IMG/VR virus record: IMGVR_UViG_3300025327_000033 | Span: 1 to 57,230 of that record | Source of the DNA: a virus | Taxonomy: Duplodnaviria > Caudoviricetes | Direction: 5' to 3' (one strand) | Length of the DNA stretch: 57,230 bases | Part shown: positions 25,455 to 35,784 of the stretch, in pieces | Layout: every line of letters begins with the position of its first letter | Position numbering within the stretch: the first letter of the stretch is position 1 | The notes under the pieces: generated by a model | What the model was told of the DNA's origin: nothing | The model's database searches: none | The model's input: only the letters and a program-made list of their open reading frames with translations | Position numbers and translations under genes: made by a program

Positions 25455-25574
25455 TACGGATTGCCGCTCGTCAGGACGAATGTCGAGATCGTGACGACCT
25501 AGCCAGCCGTCAGGGTGTCGGAACGTCGCGTTGAGCGTGAAGTCAGACGACGCTACGACTTGTTGGATCGCCAC
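25455..25574 (-). pseudogene. Remnant C-terminus of a virion protein gene
   Basis: SSDFTLN, frame change, then TLTAG*VVTISTFVLTSGNP*. Confidence 0.4.
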
Positions 25575-25584
25575 GGGCTGGGCG

Positions 25585-26004
25585 TCAGTCGAATACGGGT
25601 GCCCGCCACTCGATGACCCGGCCGCAGCCTGGGCATTCGGCGGTGTGCAACTTGCCGTCGAGCGCCTGGGCCATGATCAGGTCGTTGACGTTGTATCCGC
25701 AGCCCTTCCTGTTGGCGACGTCGATCGCAGCGGCCCCGGCGTGGTCGCCGGCTGCAAGGGCCTCGGCGACCTTGCCCGCCGCTCCCTCTGCGAGCGGCCC
25801 ACGGCAGGTCCGCTTGATCCCCCGCACGATCGCCGCCTGTTCCTCTGTCGTGTCCTCAGGCCCGAGAACGTCTTCCAGCGAGCCAACGTCGCCGGCTCCG
25901 ATACTCATGACGTCGCCTTCCATCTTGGCCTCCTTGGCCTCGGCATTCCACTCTCGGGCGCTCAGAATGCCACCCGAGTCGGTCCTATCCCGCGGCAATC
26001 CCAT
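25585..26004 (-). CDS. Hypothetical protein
   Basis: C..CG..CPGCG; start uncertain. Confidence 0.6.
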   Translation of the reverse strand: MGLPRDRTDSGGILSAREWNAEAKEAKMEGDVMSIGAGDVGSLEDVLGPEDTTEEQAAIVRGIKRTCRGPLAEGAAGKVAEALAAGDHAGAAAIDVANRKGCGYNVNDLIMAQALDGKLHTAECPGCGRVIEWRAPVFD

Positions 26005-26015
26005 CCACATCACGG

Positions 26016-26750
26016 TCAGACGCTCGTGCCGCTCAGCTGCACCGTATAGCTGTTCTTGATCGGCGCGTCGCTGGCCAGCAGGTCCTGCTCGACCCACACA
26101 CCGATGGCACTTCCCGCCTCGAGGGTCGTCCCGGGCACATCCTGGTCGGTGGCGTCGTCGACGAACGTGACACTCCCTGGCAGCGTCTTGCGGTTGGCCA
26201 CACTCTGCGTTCCGTCCTTGCTGGCCTCTCCGCCGATGCGGATGCGGGTTGCTGGGTCAGCCGTCAGCCGGATCTTGGCGCTGTTCAGCGTGAGGCTGCC
26301 GTGGTTGTTCAGCCAGAAAATCTTCTCATAGCGTTCGACACTGGCGGCCTCGCTGGCCGAGTTCTGGAACTGCATCGACACGCTCGTGATGTTGAGCCCG
26401 ATGGTGGCCCGCGTGGCCCCGCCCGATCCCTGGCGCACCGTGACGATCCGGGTGGCACTCGAGGTCGTCGTGATCTTGGTGATGCGCTCAAACGTGGTGG
26501 TGCCCACCACTTCGGTCGTGCCGTTCAGGACCAGGGCTTCGTTCACCAGGGCCCCGGCGGCGTTGCGACCGTAGACCGTGACGGTCCGTGTGTCGGCCCC
26601 ATCGGAGATCACGGCGATCACGCTGTTGGCCGTCAGCTGTGTGAACTCCGGCTTGTTGGCGGCGTCTCGGGCTCCGCCGGAGGCGGACGTGTCGTCCTCT
26701 GGCCGGCTGGCCGCTCCCTGCAGTACGAGGTCAGTGGCTGCTATTGGCAT
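26016..26750 (-). CDS. Putative virion structural protein
   Basis: Thr/Ala/Ser-rich beta protein; SD GGGAG. Confidence 0.7.
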   Translation of the reverse strand: MPIAATDLVLQGAASRPEDDTSASGGARDAANKPEFTQLTANSVIAVISDGADTRTVTVYGRNAAGALVNEALVLNGTTEVVGTTTFERITKITTTSSATRIVTVRQGSGGATRATIGLNITSVSMQFQNSASEAASVERYEKIFWLNNHGSLTLNSAKIRLTADPATRIRIGGEASKDGTQSVANRKTLPGSVTFVDDATDQDVPGTTLEAGSAIGVWVEQDLLASDAPIKNSYTVQLSGTSV

Positions 26751-26762
26751 GGCTGTCTCTCC

Positions 26763-27146
26763 CTATTCTGGTGGCGCGACCGACGGCTCGTGGCCGAGGG
26801 CTCGCAGTTGCCTGGTGAGTTCCAAGCCGAACGTCCGCCAGCTGTCGACTCGGCGCTCCAGGTTCTCGATCATCGTCCGCATATCGGCGTTGTCCGCCTT
26901 CAGTGCGGTTATCACCTGCTCTAGATCCCTGGCCGTTCTCTCGATGTCGTCAAGGCGGTGCTGCAGGCCCCCCAGCAGCCCTGTCGCTGTATCTGCTGCC
27001 TGCTTGGCCGCCGAGGCCAAGGACTCGGCAGCCGATCCCTCGTCGAGCTTGATCTGCGCCGGTGCCCGTCGGAGGCTGACCACGAGAGCCGCCAGGGATC
27101 CTGCGATGGCGACCAGCGTCATGATCGTCTGCAGTGTCAGCTCCAT
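26763..27146 (-). CDS. Lysis-module membrane protein with coiled coil
   Basis: N-terminal TM plus heptad repeats; downstream of the endolysin. Confidence 0.7.
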   Translation of the reverse strand: MELTLQTIMTLVAIAGSLAALVVSLRRAPAQIKLDEGSAAESLASAAKQAADTATGLLGGLQHRLDDIERTARDLEQVITALKADNADMRTMIENLERRVDSWRTFGLELTRQLRALGHEPSVAPPE

Positions 27147-27421
27147 CAGCCCCTCCTGCGCGCCAGGGGCTCCGCTGCCAGCAGCGTCAGGAGCATGAGC
27201 GCGATGGGTCGGAAGAGATACGGGCCATGGGCCGCCGGTTCTACCACGCCGAACAGCGTTCCCAGGTACCAGCACGTGGCGAGCGCCGCCGTGCCAGCCG
27301 TGATCCGCCGCAGTGTTCGAACCCTGGGCGGTGCCGTTCCGGCGTCCCGCAGATTGGTGACTACCGCGAGGGCCCCGATCGCCGTGCCAGCGATTGCTGT
27401 CAACACGAGTGTCGGATCCAT
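27146..27421 (-). CDS. Holin-like 3-TM protein
   Basis: Hydrophobic; adjacent to the endolysin. Confidence 0.6.
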   Translation of the reverse strand: MDPTLVLTAIAGTAIGALAVVTNLRDAGTAPPRVRTLRRITAGTAALATCWYLGTLFGVVEPAAHGPYLFRPIALMLLTLLAAEPLARRRG

Positions 27422-28342
27422 TCACTGCGCCCCTCCTAGCGGAACGTAGCCCTGCGGGATGGCCCAGGCCTCGAGACCGGCCAGCCGCTGTTCGACTGTC
27501 GGCGGCGGTGGCCCCCACGTGCATGCCTTCCAGGCCGCCAGCTGCTCGGCGGTGGCCAGGTCGAGGCACCAGATCCCCACGCCGACGCACCTGGGGTCGG
27601 CGTGGGCCGCGTCGTGGAACGCCCGCAGTTGAGCCGACGTCGCTCGCCACCAGCCAGCGTGCAGATACGTGGGTCCGATCGGGACCGTCTTCAGCGCCTT
27701 GATGGCGTCGTACTCCGCTAGGCACCGCTTCAGCTGCAGGGCTCCGGCTTGTGGGTCAGTGGCCTCGACGAAGTACACCTGGGGCGCGTTGTAATCGCAG
27801 CGCTTGGCGAACTGGCCGAATGGGAACGTCCCATGCTGAGTCGGGAACCTGTAGCTGCAGAGCGCCGTCTCCAGCGCCGGCGTGAGCTCGAGGCGATCCA
27901 GGTACTTGTCGGCCAGCGTGGCCATGCCAACACGTTCAGGCGGTACTTCCTTGTACGATCCCTCAGCGTCCTCCCAGAAGTCGTTGTCGGCTCCCAGGGC
28001 AACCATGTCGGCGGCGATGTCGAGTGTGGCCTGCGCCTCGAGCAGGGCGATATCCCGATCGAGGTTAGCCGTTTCGGCGTCGGTCGATCGCCCGTACAGC
28101 CATCCCCATCCGTTCACGCGGATGCCGGCCGCCACGAGAGCTCGCACGCTGGGGGCCATCAGGTGCCAATTCTGATTGCCCGGGTAGTTGCTGGGGTTCT
28201 CCCAAAAGCGGAGGCTGCCGTCCTGCGTCTTGATCGAGACCCAGGCGAGCCCCAGGTTCTGGGCCATCGCAACCTGGCGGGCAGGATCTCCGCCGGCCCA
28301 GCCCCGCAGCTTCCACACCATCGCTCCCTTGCCCTCAAGCAT
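27422..28342 (-). CDS. Putative endolysin, GH25-like TIM-barrel glycoside hydrolase
   Basis: KGAMVW..WVSIKTQDG..GWGWLYG..DAEGSY..SYRFP..PQVY. Confidence 0.7.
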   Translation of the reverse strand: MLEGKGAMVWKLRGWAGGDPARQVAMAQNLGLAWVSIKTQDGSLRFWENPSNYPGNQNWHLMAPSVRALVAAGIRVNGWGWLYGRSTDAETANLDRDIALLEAQATLDIAADMVALGADNDFWEDAEGSYKEVPPERVGMATLADKYLDRLELTPALETALCSYRFPTQHGTFPFGQFAKRCDYNAPQVYFVEATDPQAGALQLKRCLAEYDAIKALKTVPIGPTYLHAGWWRATSAQLRAFHDAAHADPRCVGVGIWCLDLATAEQLAAWKACTWGPPPPTVEQRLAGLEAWAIPQGYVPLGGAQ

Positions 28343-28519
28343 TCGACCCTCCCGTGCCCCCTGTGAGTGTAGTCCGGTCTTCGTCTTTCGTCATCTCGCG
28401 GCTAAGATAACTCGATTGCTCACCTTCTGTGGCAGCGCAGTCTCATCCTGTCGAAGAATGGTTAGGAGCTCTTCGAGAATAACCGTCGCCTTTTCCTCGA
28501 TACCGTTCATTCGCACCTC

Positions 28520-29269
28520 TCAGATCGCCACCAACTCTTGGTACCGGCGACGTAGGACGTTCGGCGGGATGAGGCCAGCTTTGAGGTCCCGCAGGAACTT
28601 CTGCTGCTTCTGGATCCACATCCAGACGCTTTGTGGGCCTGCTATGACCCCCTGCAAGTTCACCGCGGCCATGCCCGCACTCATGGACGGGCTGAAGGAC
28701 CAGCTCATAATGCCGTCGGTTGTGACCTGGGTGGAAACACCGCACCACGAGAACGGGTCGGAGCCGTGGGCCGCAGACGTTTGCAAGGTCTGATTGGCCC
28801 CAACCGAGGCGGCGTTGTCCCCGCCGGTGTCCGACCCCCCGGTGGTCTTCTGCATCCCGTCAACCGTCATGTCGCCAGCAACAACTCCGGTGCAGGTCAC
28901 ACTGATACTGGTGCTGCTGACCCATAGACCTTGGGTGTTGCCGATCCCCTTCATGCCCGACACCTGGAAGATGCCGAAGCCCTTGGGGATGCCGGCGTCG
29001 AAGGAGTTGACCACAGCGTTCGCGGTTCGGGCGACGCTGTCCGCTGCGTAATAGATGGCGGCACCGGGACCGCTGGACTGGGTGATGGCCAGCGTCATGT
29101 TCGACCCGTTCCAAGTCGGCGTCCCGTTGACGCCCGCCGCGGCGTGGCCGGTCGTGAACACCAGGATGACAAACCCGTTCGCGCAGTTGATGGTCGTGAA
29201 TGACTTAGTCTGGCTGGTGGTCTTTTGCAGCCCGGTGTGAGTTGCCGCGGAGGCGATCGCAACGCCCAT
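28520..29269 (-). CDS. Tail-associated beta-rich protein
   Basis: Ser/Thr/Gly-rich; tail module. Confidence 0.65.
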   Translation of the reverse strand: MGVAIASAATHTGLQKTTSQTKSFTTINCANGFVILVFTTGHAAAGVNGTPTWNGSNMTLAITQSSGPGAAIYYAADSVARTANAVVNSFDAGIPKGFGIFQVSGMKGIGNTQGLWVSSTSISVTCTGVVAGDMTVDGMQKTTGGSDTGGDNAASVGANQTLQTSAAHGSDPFSWCGVSTQVTTDGIMSWSFSPSMSAGMAAVNLQGVIAGPQSVWMWIQKQQKFLRDLKAGLIPPNVLRRRYQELVAI

Positions 29270-29271
29270 GG

Positions 29272-29724
29272 CTAGTCGTACTCCACACGCAGGGCGAGCG
29301 TCGCTCTCGTGATCCCCGAACACGAGTCGAGGTTTATCCGCAGCACATCTCCCAGGGCCAGGGCCTTGGTCCAACCTGTGAGTGTCGTGTCTTGGGACTT
29401 GATCGCACTCGAGATCGTCGGCTTGGCCGACGCTGTGATGGTGTCGGCGACCGTCGGTGGGAAGTTAGCGTACGTGTCCTTCCAGATATCGACGACCATG
29501 GATCCCGTCTGGTCGGCGAACAGGCTTGCCGCCGTGATCGAGCACTTGGCTGGCACCTCGACGTCCAGCTTGATGCCCGTGGTGATCACAACGCCCCCGC
29601 CGTCGAGGACGATTGACAACCCGTGAGGTCGGAGGGCGTTGGCGTTGTCGACGGTGTTGGTATTCCAGTCGGCCGCCGTGACGAGATCGCCGGTGCTCTT
29701 GCTGATGGGCGCTGACCAGGCCAT
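29272..29724 (-). CDS. Tail fibre/collar protein
   Basis: MAWSAP..VTAADWN; DGGGVVITTG..VVDIWKDTYANFPPT. Confidence 0.75.
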   Translation of the reverse strand: MAWSAPISKSTGDLVTAADWNTNTVDNANALRPHGLSIVLDGGGVVITTGIKLDVEVPAKCSITAASLFADQTGSMVVDIWKDTYANFPPTVADTITASAKPTISSAIKSQDTTLTGWTKALALGDVLRINLDSCSGITRATLALRVEYD

Positions 29725-29733
29725 CTGCGCCTC

Positions 29734-30276
29734 CTATCCCGGCCGCCGGGGCGGCAGTCCCTGGGCGGCGTTCTCGGCTTCCAGGTCTGCGAGGGTCTCG
29801 ACGGGCGTCCAGCGCAGTGTCGTCTGATCCATCACGGCCGCCTGGCAGCGGTTCAGCGGATTGGGCCTGGCCGCCAGACAGGAATCGATGCCCCGCCAGT
29901 CGGCTGGCACATTCAGCGGTCGGGGCCGGCCTCCAGTCAGGGCGTTCATGCACGAGAGACAGAAAAACTGGGCGAAGCCGGGCTCGACGGTCTCCTGGCC
30001 GCCGCATTCGCATCTGGCGATCCACCTGTTGTTCTCCACCCAGCAGTTGACGGGTGTTCCCGTGGGCGGCTCGTCCATCTCTGGCCACCACGGTCGTCCA
30101 CGACGCTCGAGCACGATGGAGGCGAAGTCCCTCCACGTTGCGTCGGGCCGCTGGACGAACTGCTGCCAGTGATCCTGACCGCGCCCGCATCTGTGCTCCA
30201 GGCGGTTCTGGTAGGCCTCGAGCTTAGCTCGTCGCAGATCCTGCATTCCCAAGTCGAGAACTGGTCGGTCGCTCAT
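29734..30276 (-). CDS. Cys-containing tail-module protein
   Basis: RWIARCECGG..FFCLSC. Confidence 0.7.
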   Translation of the reverse strand: MSDRPVLDLGMQDLRRAKLEAYQNRLEHRCGRGQDHWQQFVQRPDATWRDFASIVLERRGRPWWPEMDEPPTGTPVNCWVENNRWIARCECGGQETVEPGFAQFFCLSCMNALTGGRPRPLNVPADWRGIDSCLAARPNPLNRCQAAVMDQTTLRWTPVETLADLEAENAAQGLPPRRPG

Positions 30277-30283
30277 GTCGTCC

Positions 30284-32965
30284 TCAAAAGCCTGCGAAGG
30301 TGGCAATTCCGATCTCGCTGGATCCCGTCACGCCGATCAGCCAGTAGTTCTCTGTGGCGGCCAGCACGACCAGCCAAGACGTGATCAGGAACAGGCCCTC
30401 TGCGGCCCGCTCGAACTCATATCCGACTCCCTGGATGACGTAGTCTCCCGAGATCGCCGCAACCGCCTCGCTCAGGGTGATCCGCTTCCCTGGCTCGATG
30501 GCCAGACCGCCGGCAAGTAGCGTCGCCGAGCGGTTGGCCACAAAGCTGACGCTGCGAACCCAATTGAGGGGGTTCTTGTAGCGAGCGAGCGTGGCGTCGG
30601 CGAAGTCTTTGGCCCGGGCCGGGCTCGTCTGATACGTCAGCTGCAGGTTGATCTCGCGCTCATCGTGCTGCTCTTGCGACGTGGCATCGGTCGCCTGCCT
30701 GTCGATCGGGTTGTACGTGCGGACGCCCCGCCCCTTGGCCCTCAGCTGCGTGACGTGCCCGCTGCTGCTGCCAACATTGAGGGCCTGGTACTCGGCCGAG
30801 TTTCCCCCCATGACGCTGTCTATCAGCTCCAGCTCGGCTTCCCTACCGCCGCCCCCCGAAGGCGTGGCCGAGAATTCATAGTTGATGACCTTTCCGACGA
30901 ATACCTCGTCGCCATACGCCGTCACGGCTCCGCCCGAGAAATCTCCGCTGTCGCCCCCGATGGCCACCCGGATCTTCGCCGTGCTGGCATCTCCCAGCGT
31001 CACCCTGGCTGCCACTCGCTGCCATCCCGTCGTCGGCGTTGTCACCGTCCCGATCGTGGTGGTCGCCAGCAGGGCGTCGGCGGCGGAGTATTCCTGCAGG
31101 AGAACCTTGAATGCCGTGGGCCAGGCCACGCCGACCCACACGTAGGCGACCACCAGTACGACGTCGTTCTGGAGGTACCCCGTGATCAGGCTCGTCTGCG
31201 CCCGGTAATACGCCGGGTTGGTCGTTCCGCTCGTCAGCAGCAGTGACGCTGCGCCCTTCTTCGATCTGCTCGTGGATCTGGCGACGGATCCGCCGGAGCC
31301 GTCGGTGGCAATCGACCAGCCAGCGACGTCCGTCTCGAACCCGCGATTGGGGCTCGTGTTCAGACCCTCTGGATCGTTCATGGCCGACCCGCTGATCTTT
31401 TGATCCGGGTTGTTCGGGTCCCGGTAATGCAGTGTCACCCTCTCCGTCTCGCCTGGGCCGACCTCGAGCGTGCTGTCCATCGTGGCCAGGATCTCGTCCG
31501 ACGTCGCCACCGTCCGTGGATAGGCACTCGCCCGGACCACATTGAAGATCAGCTCGGGATCCCGAATGACCTGCATGTCCTTGATGTCGGCCTGGCTGAG
31601 CGTCATCTGGCTCGTCTTGTCGATCACCCGGGCGTGCCTATTCTGGAAGCGCAGTGTTCCGCCGGCCACGGTGTCGGCGATCTGCATCAGAAAACCGAAC
31701 TCGCTCAGGACGGCCCGCTGCGCCACCTGTAGCATCGGCGTCCGGTTGTCCCGCACGTCGTCGAGGGCGAAAAGGAACGTCTCCTTACCGGCGTCAAAGT
31801 CCATGACCCTCGGGCCTTCGGATGTGTTGTCGACGAGGAGCTCGAGCACCTGGTCCGGGCGCTGGCTCTGCACCACGGGCAACTGCGTAGGCTTGGCCCT
31901 GCCGAACTGGTCGATCCAGTCGTACGCCAGGCAGCGCACCACGCGCTCCCGCTTGGTCCCTGGCACGGGATCTGCCTTCGCCATCCGGCCGAAGAACTTG
32001 TAGTACGTAACGCCGCTGTACGTCACCCGGAAGCGCGCATGGATCCCGATCTCCCAGCCGGCCAGGGCGTCGGCGTGGCCAACGCTGTAGCGCCCGATCT
32101 TCGCTACGCTGTTGCTCTCGCTGTTCAACATCGCCCATTCCATGCGGCCCATGCTGCCCACGCGATCCGTCGGGCCCTGCCCGGAGATCCCGTACTGGAT
32201 CCGCACGCGGTCCTTGTGAGACACATCCGCCGTGAGATCCGTCCACAACGGCCCCACGCCTGTCTTCCAGGTGGCACCGCTGATCGTTCCGTTGTTCGCT
32301 GTGCCGGCGCTGTCATTGGCCGTCGTGCCGCTGCCCTCGCCGAGCTTGTAGTAGTCGAGCAGCCCGGACTCGCTGCCCACCAGCTGCACGTCACGGTTGG
32401 CCATGATCTCGGCCGCCGTCCTGGCCGACGTCCAGAGCCTGACGTCTCGAATGCGGCCCTTGAAGTGGCTGTGGTAGGTCCCGCCAGAGTACGCCGCTCC
32501 AATCAGAGTGACTTCGCTGGGATCCACCAGGGCGAAGCCCGTCTGTGTCGCCGTCGCCACCTGCTCGCTGTCGACGTACAGGCGCTGCACCTTCGTGGTC
32601 TCGTTCCATGTCCCAGCGAGGTGATGCCACTGACGGAGCGTGATCTTGCGCGTGCCCTTGACTTCCTTCCACGCAGGCGTGCCATCGGTCGCCCGCACTC
32701 GAAAGGCCGGGAATCCCCCGGTGCTCTCGTCGGCCACCAGCTGTATGCCGTTTTCGGCCGTGGCGCGCTTGCTGCTCACGACGACTTGCTCAAGACCGCC
32801 CGTCTGCCGGCGTTCCATCCGCACCCAGGCCTCGACCGACACGTCCCCGGTCACGCCCGTCGGCGCGCTTGCGCTGTCGATCCGATCGTCCACGCCATCG
32901 AACGCCAGGAGAGCCTGATTGTTCAGCCTGACTTCAAAGGCGTATCCAGAAGGAAATGGCATCAC
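30284..32965 (-). CDS. Minor tail protein: LamG domain, tail hub and CBM-like insert
   Basis: FDGVDD..WHHLAGTW..LYVD..FKGRIRDVRLW; NRGFETDVAGW; follows the tape measure. Confidence 0.85.
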   Translation of the reverse strand: MMPFPSGYAFEVRLNNQALLAFDGVDDRIDSASAPTGVTGDVSVEAWVRMERRQTGGLEQVVVSSKRATAENGIQLVADESTGGFPAFRVRATDGTPAWKEVKGTRKITLRQWHHLAGTWNETTKVQRLYVDSEQVATATQTGFALVDPSEVTLIGAAYSGGTYHSHFKGRIRDVRLWTSARTAAEIMANRDVQLVGSESGLLDYYKLGEGSGTTANDSAGTANNGTISGATWKTGVGPLWTDLTADVSHKDRVRIQYGISGQGPTDRVGSMGRMEWAMLNSESNSVAKIGRYSVGHADALAGWEIGIHARFRVTYSGVTYYKFFGRMAKADPVPGTKRERVVRCLAYDWIDQFGRAKPTQLPVVQSQRPDQVLELLVDNTSEGPRVMDFDAGKETFLFALDDVRDNRTPMLQVAQRAVLSEFGFLMQIADTVAGGTLRFQNRHARVIDKTSQMTLSQADIKDMQVIRDPELIFNVVRASAYPRTVATSDEILATMDSTLEVGPGETERVTLHYRDPNNPDQKISGSAMNDPEGLNTSPNRGFETDVAGWSIATDGSGGSVARSTSRSKKGAASLLLTSGTTNPAYYRAQTSLITGYLQNDVVLVVAYVWVGVAWPTAFKVLLQEYSAADALLATTTIGTVTTPTTGWQRVAARVTLGDASTAKIRVAIGGDSGDFSGGAVTAYGDEVFVGKVINYEFSATPSGGGGREAELELIDSVMGGNSAEYQALNVGSSSGHVTQLRAKGRGVRTYNPIDRQATDATSQEQHDEREINLQLTYQTSPARAKDFADATLARYKNPLNWVRSVSFVANRSATLLAGGLAIEPGKRITLSEAVAAISGDYVIQGVGYEFERAAEGLFLITSWLVVLAATENYWLIGVTGSSEIGIATFAGF

Positions 32966-35784
32966 AATCTCGGGTCGTATGTCGTCAGTTGCGTGGCCAG
33001 CACGCCGGCGAGGTCCTGCATGGTGCCTTGCCGACGCAGCTCATCCTTGATCTCGCGCAGCACCCGTGTCTGTTCTGCCTGTGCCCGCTGCTGTTGCTGC
33101 AGCTGTGACGCCAGTGCTGCCGCCTGCGCCTGTGCCACGCCTGCCAGGCCCGTCGTAGCCATGCTCACGGCCGCCTGCGTCGCCGCCTGGACGCCCTGGA
33201 CAGCCGCCGCTGCGTCTGTGGCTGCAGCCGCTGCCTCCGCAGCCGCGGCCGTCGACGTCGTCGTGGTCGACGTCGTCGTGGTCCCCATGGCCTCACGGAT
33301 CTGCGCCTGCTCCTCCCTGGTCTCGGTCTCCGTGATGATCACGGGCCCCGACCCGCCTGCGCCACCGCCCCCGGGGTCGATGGCCGCCCTCCGGCGCGGG
33401 GTGACGCCGGCGCTCATCATGGCCATGCTTTGCCGGTGCGTGTACACACGGCCGCTGGGCCCGATCATCTCCCAGCCACCCTCCCCGACCATCGTCCATC
33501 CCCCGCGCTGGGGATAGCCACCCCCGGCCTCCGGGACGAACCCGCCTCGGCTGCTGGCCCCCGCTACTGTGGGCCGTGTAGGCATTCCCGAAACAAAGAT
33601 CGACGCTTCGACGCTCATGCCGTCGATGGCGTTGAGGCCGCTGAGCACACCCTGCACCAACGAGTTGGCACGTCCCAGCTCGCCGGCGTTGACGAGCAGC
33701 AGGGCTTCGTTCATCTTCTGCGCGGCGTCCGCGGTTGTGTCGTCGATGAGACCCAGGCCATTGGCCAGCCCGACGAGGAAGTCGTATTCGGCATCGCTCA
33801 CGCCGTCGGCGGCGGCCTTCGTGGCCAGCAAGTCGAAGATCATGCGGTTAGTGGCGTCTCGATGAGCGTCCGCCGTGGCAGAGATCTGCGCCCCGATACC
33901 GTCGTAGGCCCCAATCAGATCGGCCAGGGCCTGCTTTTGGTCCTCGGTGAAATAACCCTGGCCAGTGATCGCCGCCAGGGTGTCACGCACGCCAGCCATT
34001 CGGTCTTGGGTTTTGCCGTAGCTCTCCTGAAGCGACTTCAGCTGCTCGCGCTGGGCATCGGTCAGGTGCGGTGTTGCCTGGAGAGTCTGGATCTTGTTCC
34101 TGTACAGGGCCAGGGTGTCGTCCATCCTCAGGTATTCCCTGCCCAGGTCCCTCACCTGCTGTTGCTGCTCCGGCGTGACGTATTTCCAGCCGGCCGCGTC
34201 CGCAATTTGGGTCATCAAAGCGCCCTGCGTGCCCTGCAGGTCCTCGATCTCCGCCCGGTAGTCCCGCACCGACTGCCCGAGCTTGCCCTCCATGGTGATC
34301 CCGAGCTCCGCCATGGCGTCGCTCATCTCGGCCGCTGCGGCGGCCTCGCGCTCGGTGCCTTCCGTCAGCAGCGCCAAGCCCCGGTACGCGGCGTACATCT
34401 CCTCTGTCCATCCCTGGGTGGCATCGATCGCCGCCCGGTTGGCTGCGTTGTTTTCCCACTGGGCCCGGGTCTGCACCACGATCGCATCCTTCAGTGTCAC
34501 AGCCACGTTGCGGCCGGCCCGGGCCTGGGCGTTGTAGCCCTCCTGGGTGATCATCGCCCGGCCGGTCAGGTCCTGGACCCGCCGCATCTCCGCCAGGTAT
34601 TCGTCGTACGTCTGCGCCGTGCGCGCCACTTCGCCCTGGTGCTCGCGGATGACCTCCGTCATCGTCGCTGTCTGTGCCTTTAGCTGCTGGTTGAACTGGA
34701 TGAGCTTGCTGATAGCGGCGGTCAGGGCGATCACGGCTGCAGCCACTGCGGCCGCTGTGCCCAGCGCCAGCGCCGCCGATCCGGCGTTGGCCAGGGCGCT
34801 GGTGGCGAAGCCGGCGCGCGTTCCGAGCACTGCCATGTTGCCGCTCATGCCGCCGACCAGGTTGCCGACCTTCGACAGGCCGTCGATGATGCCTGGCATC
34901 TTCGAAGCCAGCAGGAGCATGGTGCCCGACAGCGCTGTAACGGCCGTGGCTCCCGCCAGTGTGTAGCTGGCGAAGCGCTGGGTCTCCGGGTTGAGTTTGT
35001 TAAACCACTCCAGGCCGGCCGTCAGCGACATGATCAGCTCGCTGAATGCCGGGAGGAACGCCTGGCCGAGGGCCAATTGCGCTTCCTCGGTGAACCGGGC
35101 GAGCGACGTCATCTGCTTGCCGGCCGTCGTCATAGCCTGCTCGTAGGATCCGGCGATCCTGGTACCGGCCTCGAGGACGGCGTTGGAGGCGATCTGCTGC
35201 TTCTGGAGCTCCGTCAGACTCTCAACGGCAACGTCGTTGGCCTTGGCGAACCGCACATACTCCTGCTCGAAGTTCACCAGGATCCCGATCGTGCGCAGGA
35301 TCTCCGGCTGCCTGGTCACCATGCCGTGCACGAGGCGTTCGAACGCCTCGCTGGAATTGACACCGCCGATGACCGCGGCGTCCTGGGCCACCCGGGCGAT
35401 TTTCTGTGCGTCCGCCAGGTCGATGTTGGCCTGCGCCAACCGGATCAGCGATTGCCTGGCCGCCTGGGTCGTGATGCCCATCTTCCTGACTTCGGCTTCG
35501 TACTGGCCCAGCTGGCCAGCACTGTATCCGGCGTTCTTGCCGACAACCTGCAGCACCACGCCAAGCGTCTGCACCCGGGCCGCCAGGAGAGTGCTCTTGG
35601 CGATGAGCGCAGTGCCAACGGCGCTGAAGGCCACCAGGCCGAGGCCGGCCGTCTTCAGCTCGGACGACATCTCCCGGAACGTGCTGGTGATGCCCGTGGC
35701 TGCCTTCCGGGCGTTCTGCTCCATCTCGGCGAACGCACGGGAGGTATCGTTCTTCGCCTTCAGCGTGATGCTATGGTCGGTCAC
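32962..35784 (-). CDS. Tail tape measure protein
   Basis: 940-aa Ala-rich helical protein; VGEGGWE motif; follows the chaperones. Confidence 0.9.
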   Translation of the reverse strand: MTDHSITLKAKNDTSRAFAEMEQNARKAATGITSTFREMSSELKTAGLGLVAFSAVGTALIAKSTLLAARVQTLGVVLQVVGKNAGYSAGQLGQYEAEVRKMGITTQAARQSLIRLAQANIDLADAQKIARVAQDAAVIGGVNSSEAFERLVHGMVTRQPEILRTIGILVNFEQEYVRFAKANDVAVESLTELQKQQIASNAVLEAGTRIAGSYEQAMTTAGKQMTSLARFTEEAQLALGQAFLPAFSELIMSLTAGLEWFNKLNPETQRFASYTLAGATAVTALSGTMLLLASKMPGIIDGLSKVGNLVGGMSGNMAVLGTRAGFATSALANAGSAALALGTAAAVAAAVIALTAAISKLIQFNQQLKAQTATMTEVIREHQGEVARTAQTYDEYLAEMRRVQDLTGRAMITQEGYNAQARAGRNVAVTLKDAIVVQTRAQWENNAANRAAIDATQGWTEEMYAAYRGLALLTEGTEREAAAAAEMSDAMAELGITMEGKLGQSVRDYRAEIEDLQGTQGALMTQIADAAGWKYVTPEQQQQVRDLGREYLRMDDTLALYRNKIQTLQATPHLTDAQREQLKSLQESYGKTQDRMAGVRDTLAAITGQGYFTEDQKQALADLIGAYDGIGAQISATADAHRDATNRMIFDLLATKAAADGVSDAEYDFLVGLANGLGLIDDTTADAAQKMNEALLLVNAGELGRANSLVQGVLSGLNAIDGMSVEASIFVSGMPTRPTVAGASSRGGFVPEAGGGYPQRGGWTMVGEGGWEMIGPSGRVYTHRQSMAMMSAGVTPRRRAAIDPGGGGAGGSGPVIITETETREEQAQIREAMGTTTTSTTTTSTAAAAEAAAAATDAAAAVQGVQAATQAAVSMATTGLAGVAQAQAAALASQLQQQQRAQAEQTRVLREIKDELRRQGTMQDLAGVLATQLTTYDPRL

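Noticed and set aside
25498-25503. In-frame TAG as evidence of stop-codon recoding
   Set aside because: TAG terminates many bona fide genes here, and no suppressor tRNA was seen
21909-32965. Diversity-generating retroelement or invertible tail-fibre cassette
   Set aside because: No reverse transcriptase, TR/VR pair or invertase recognised
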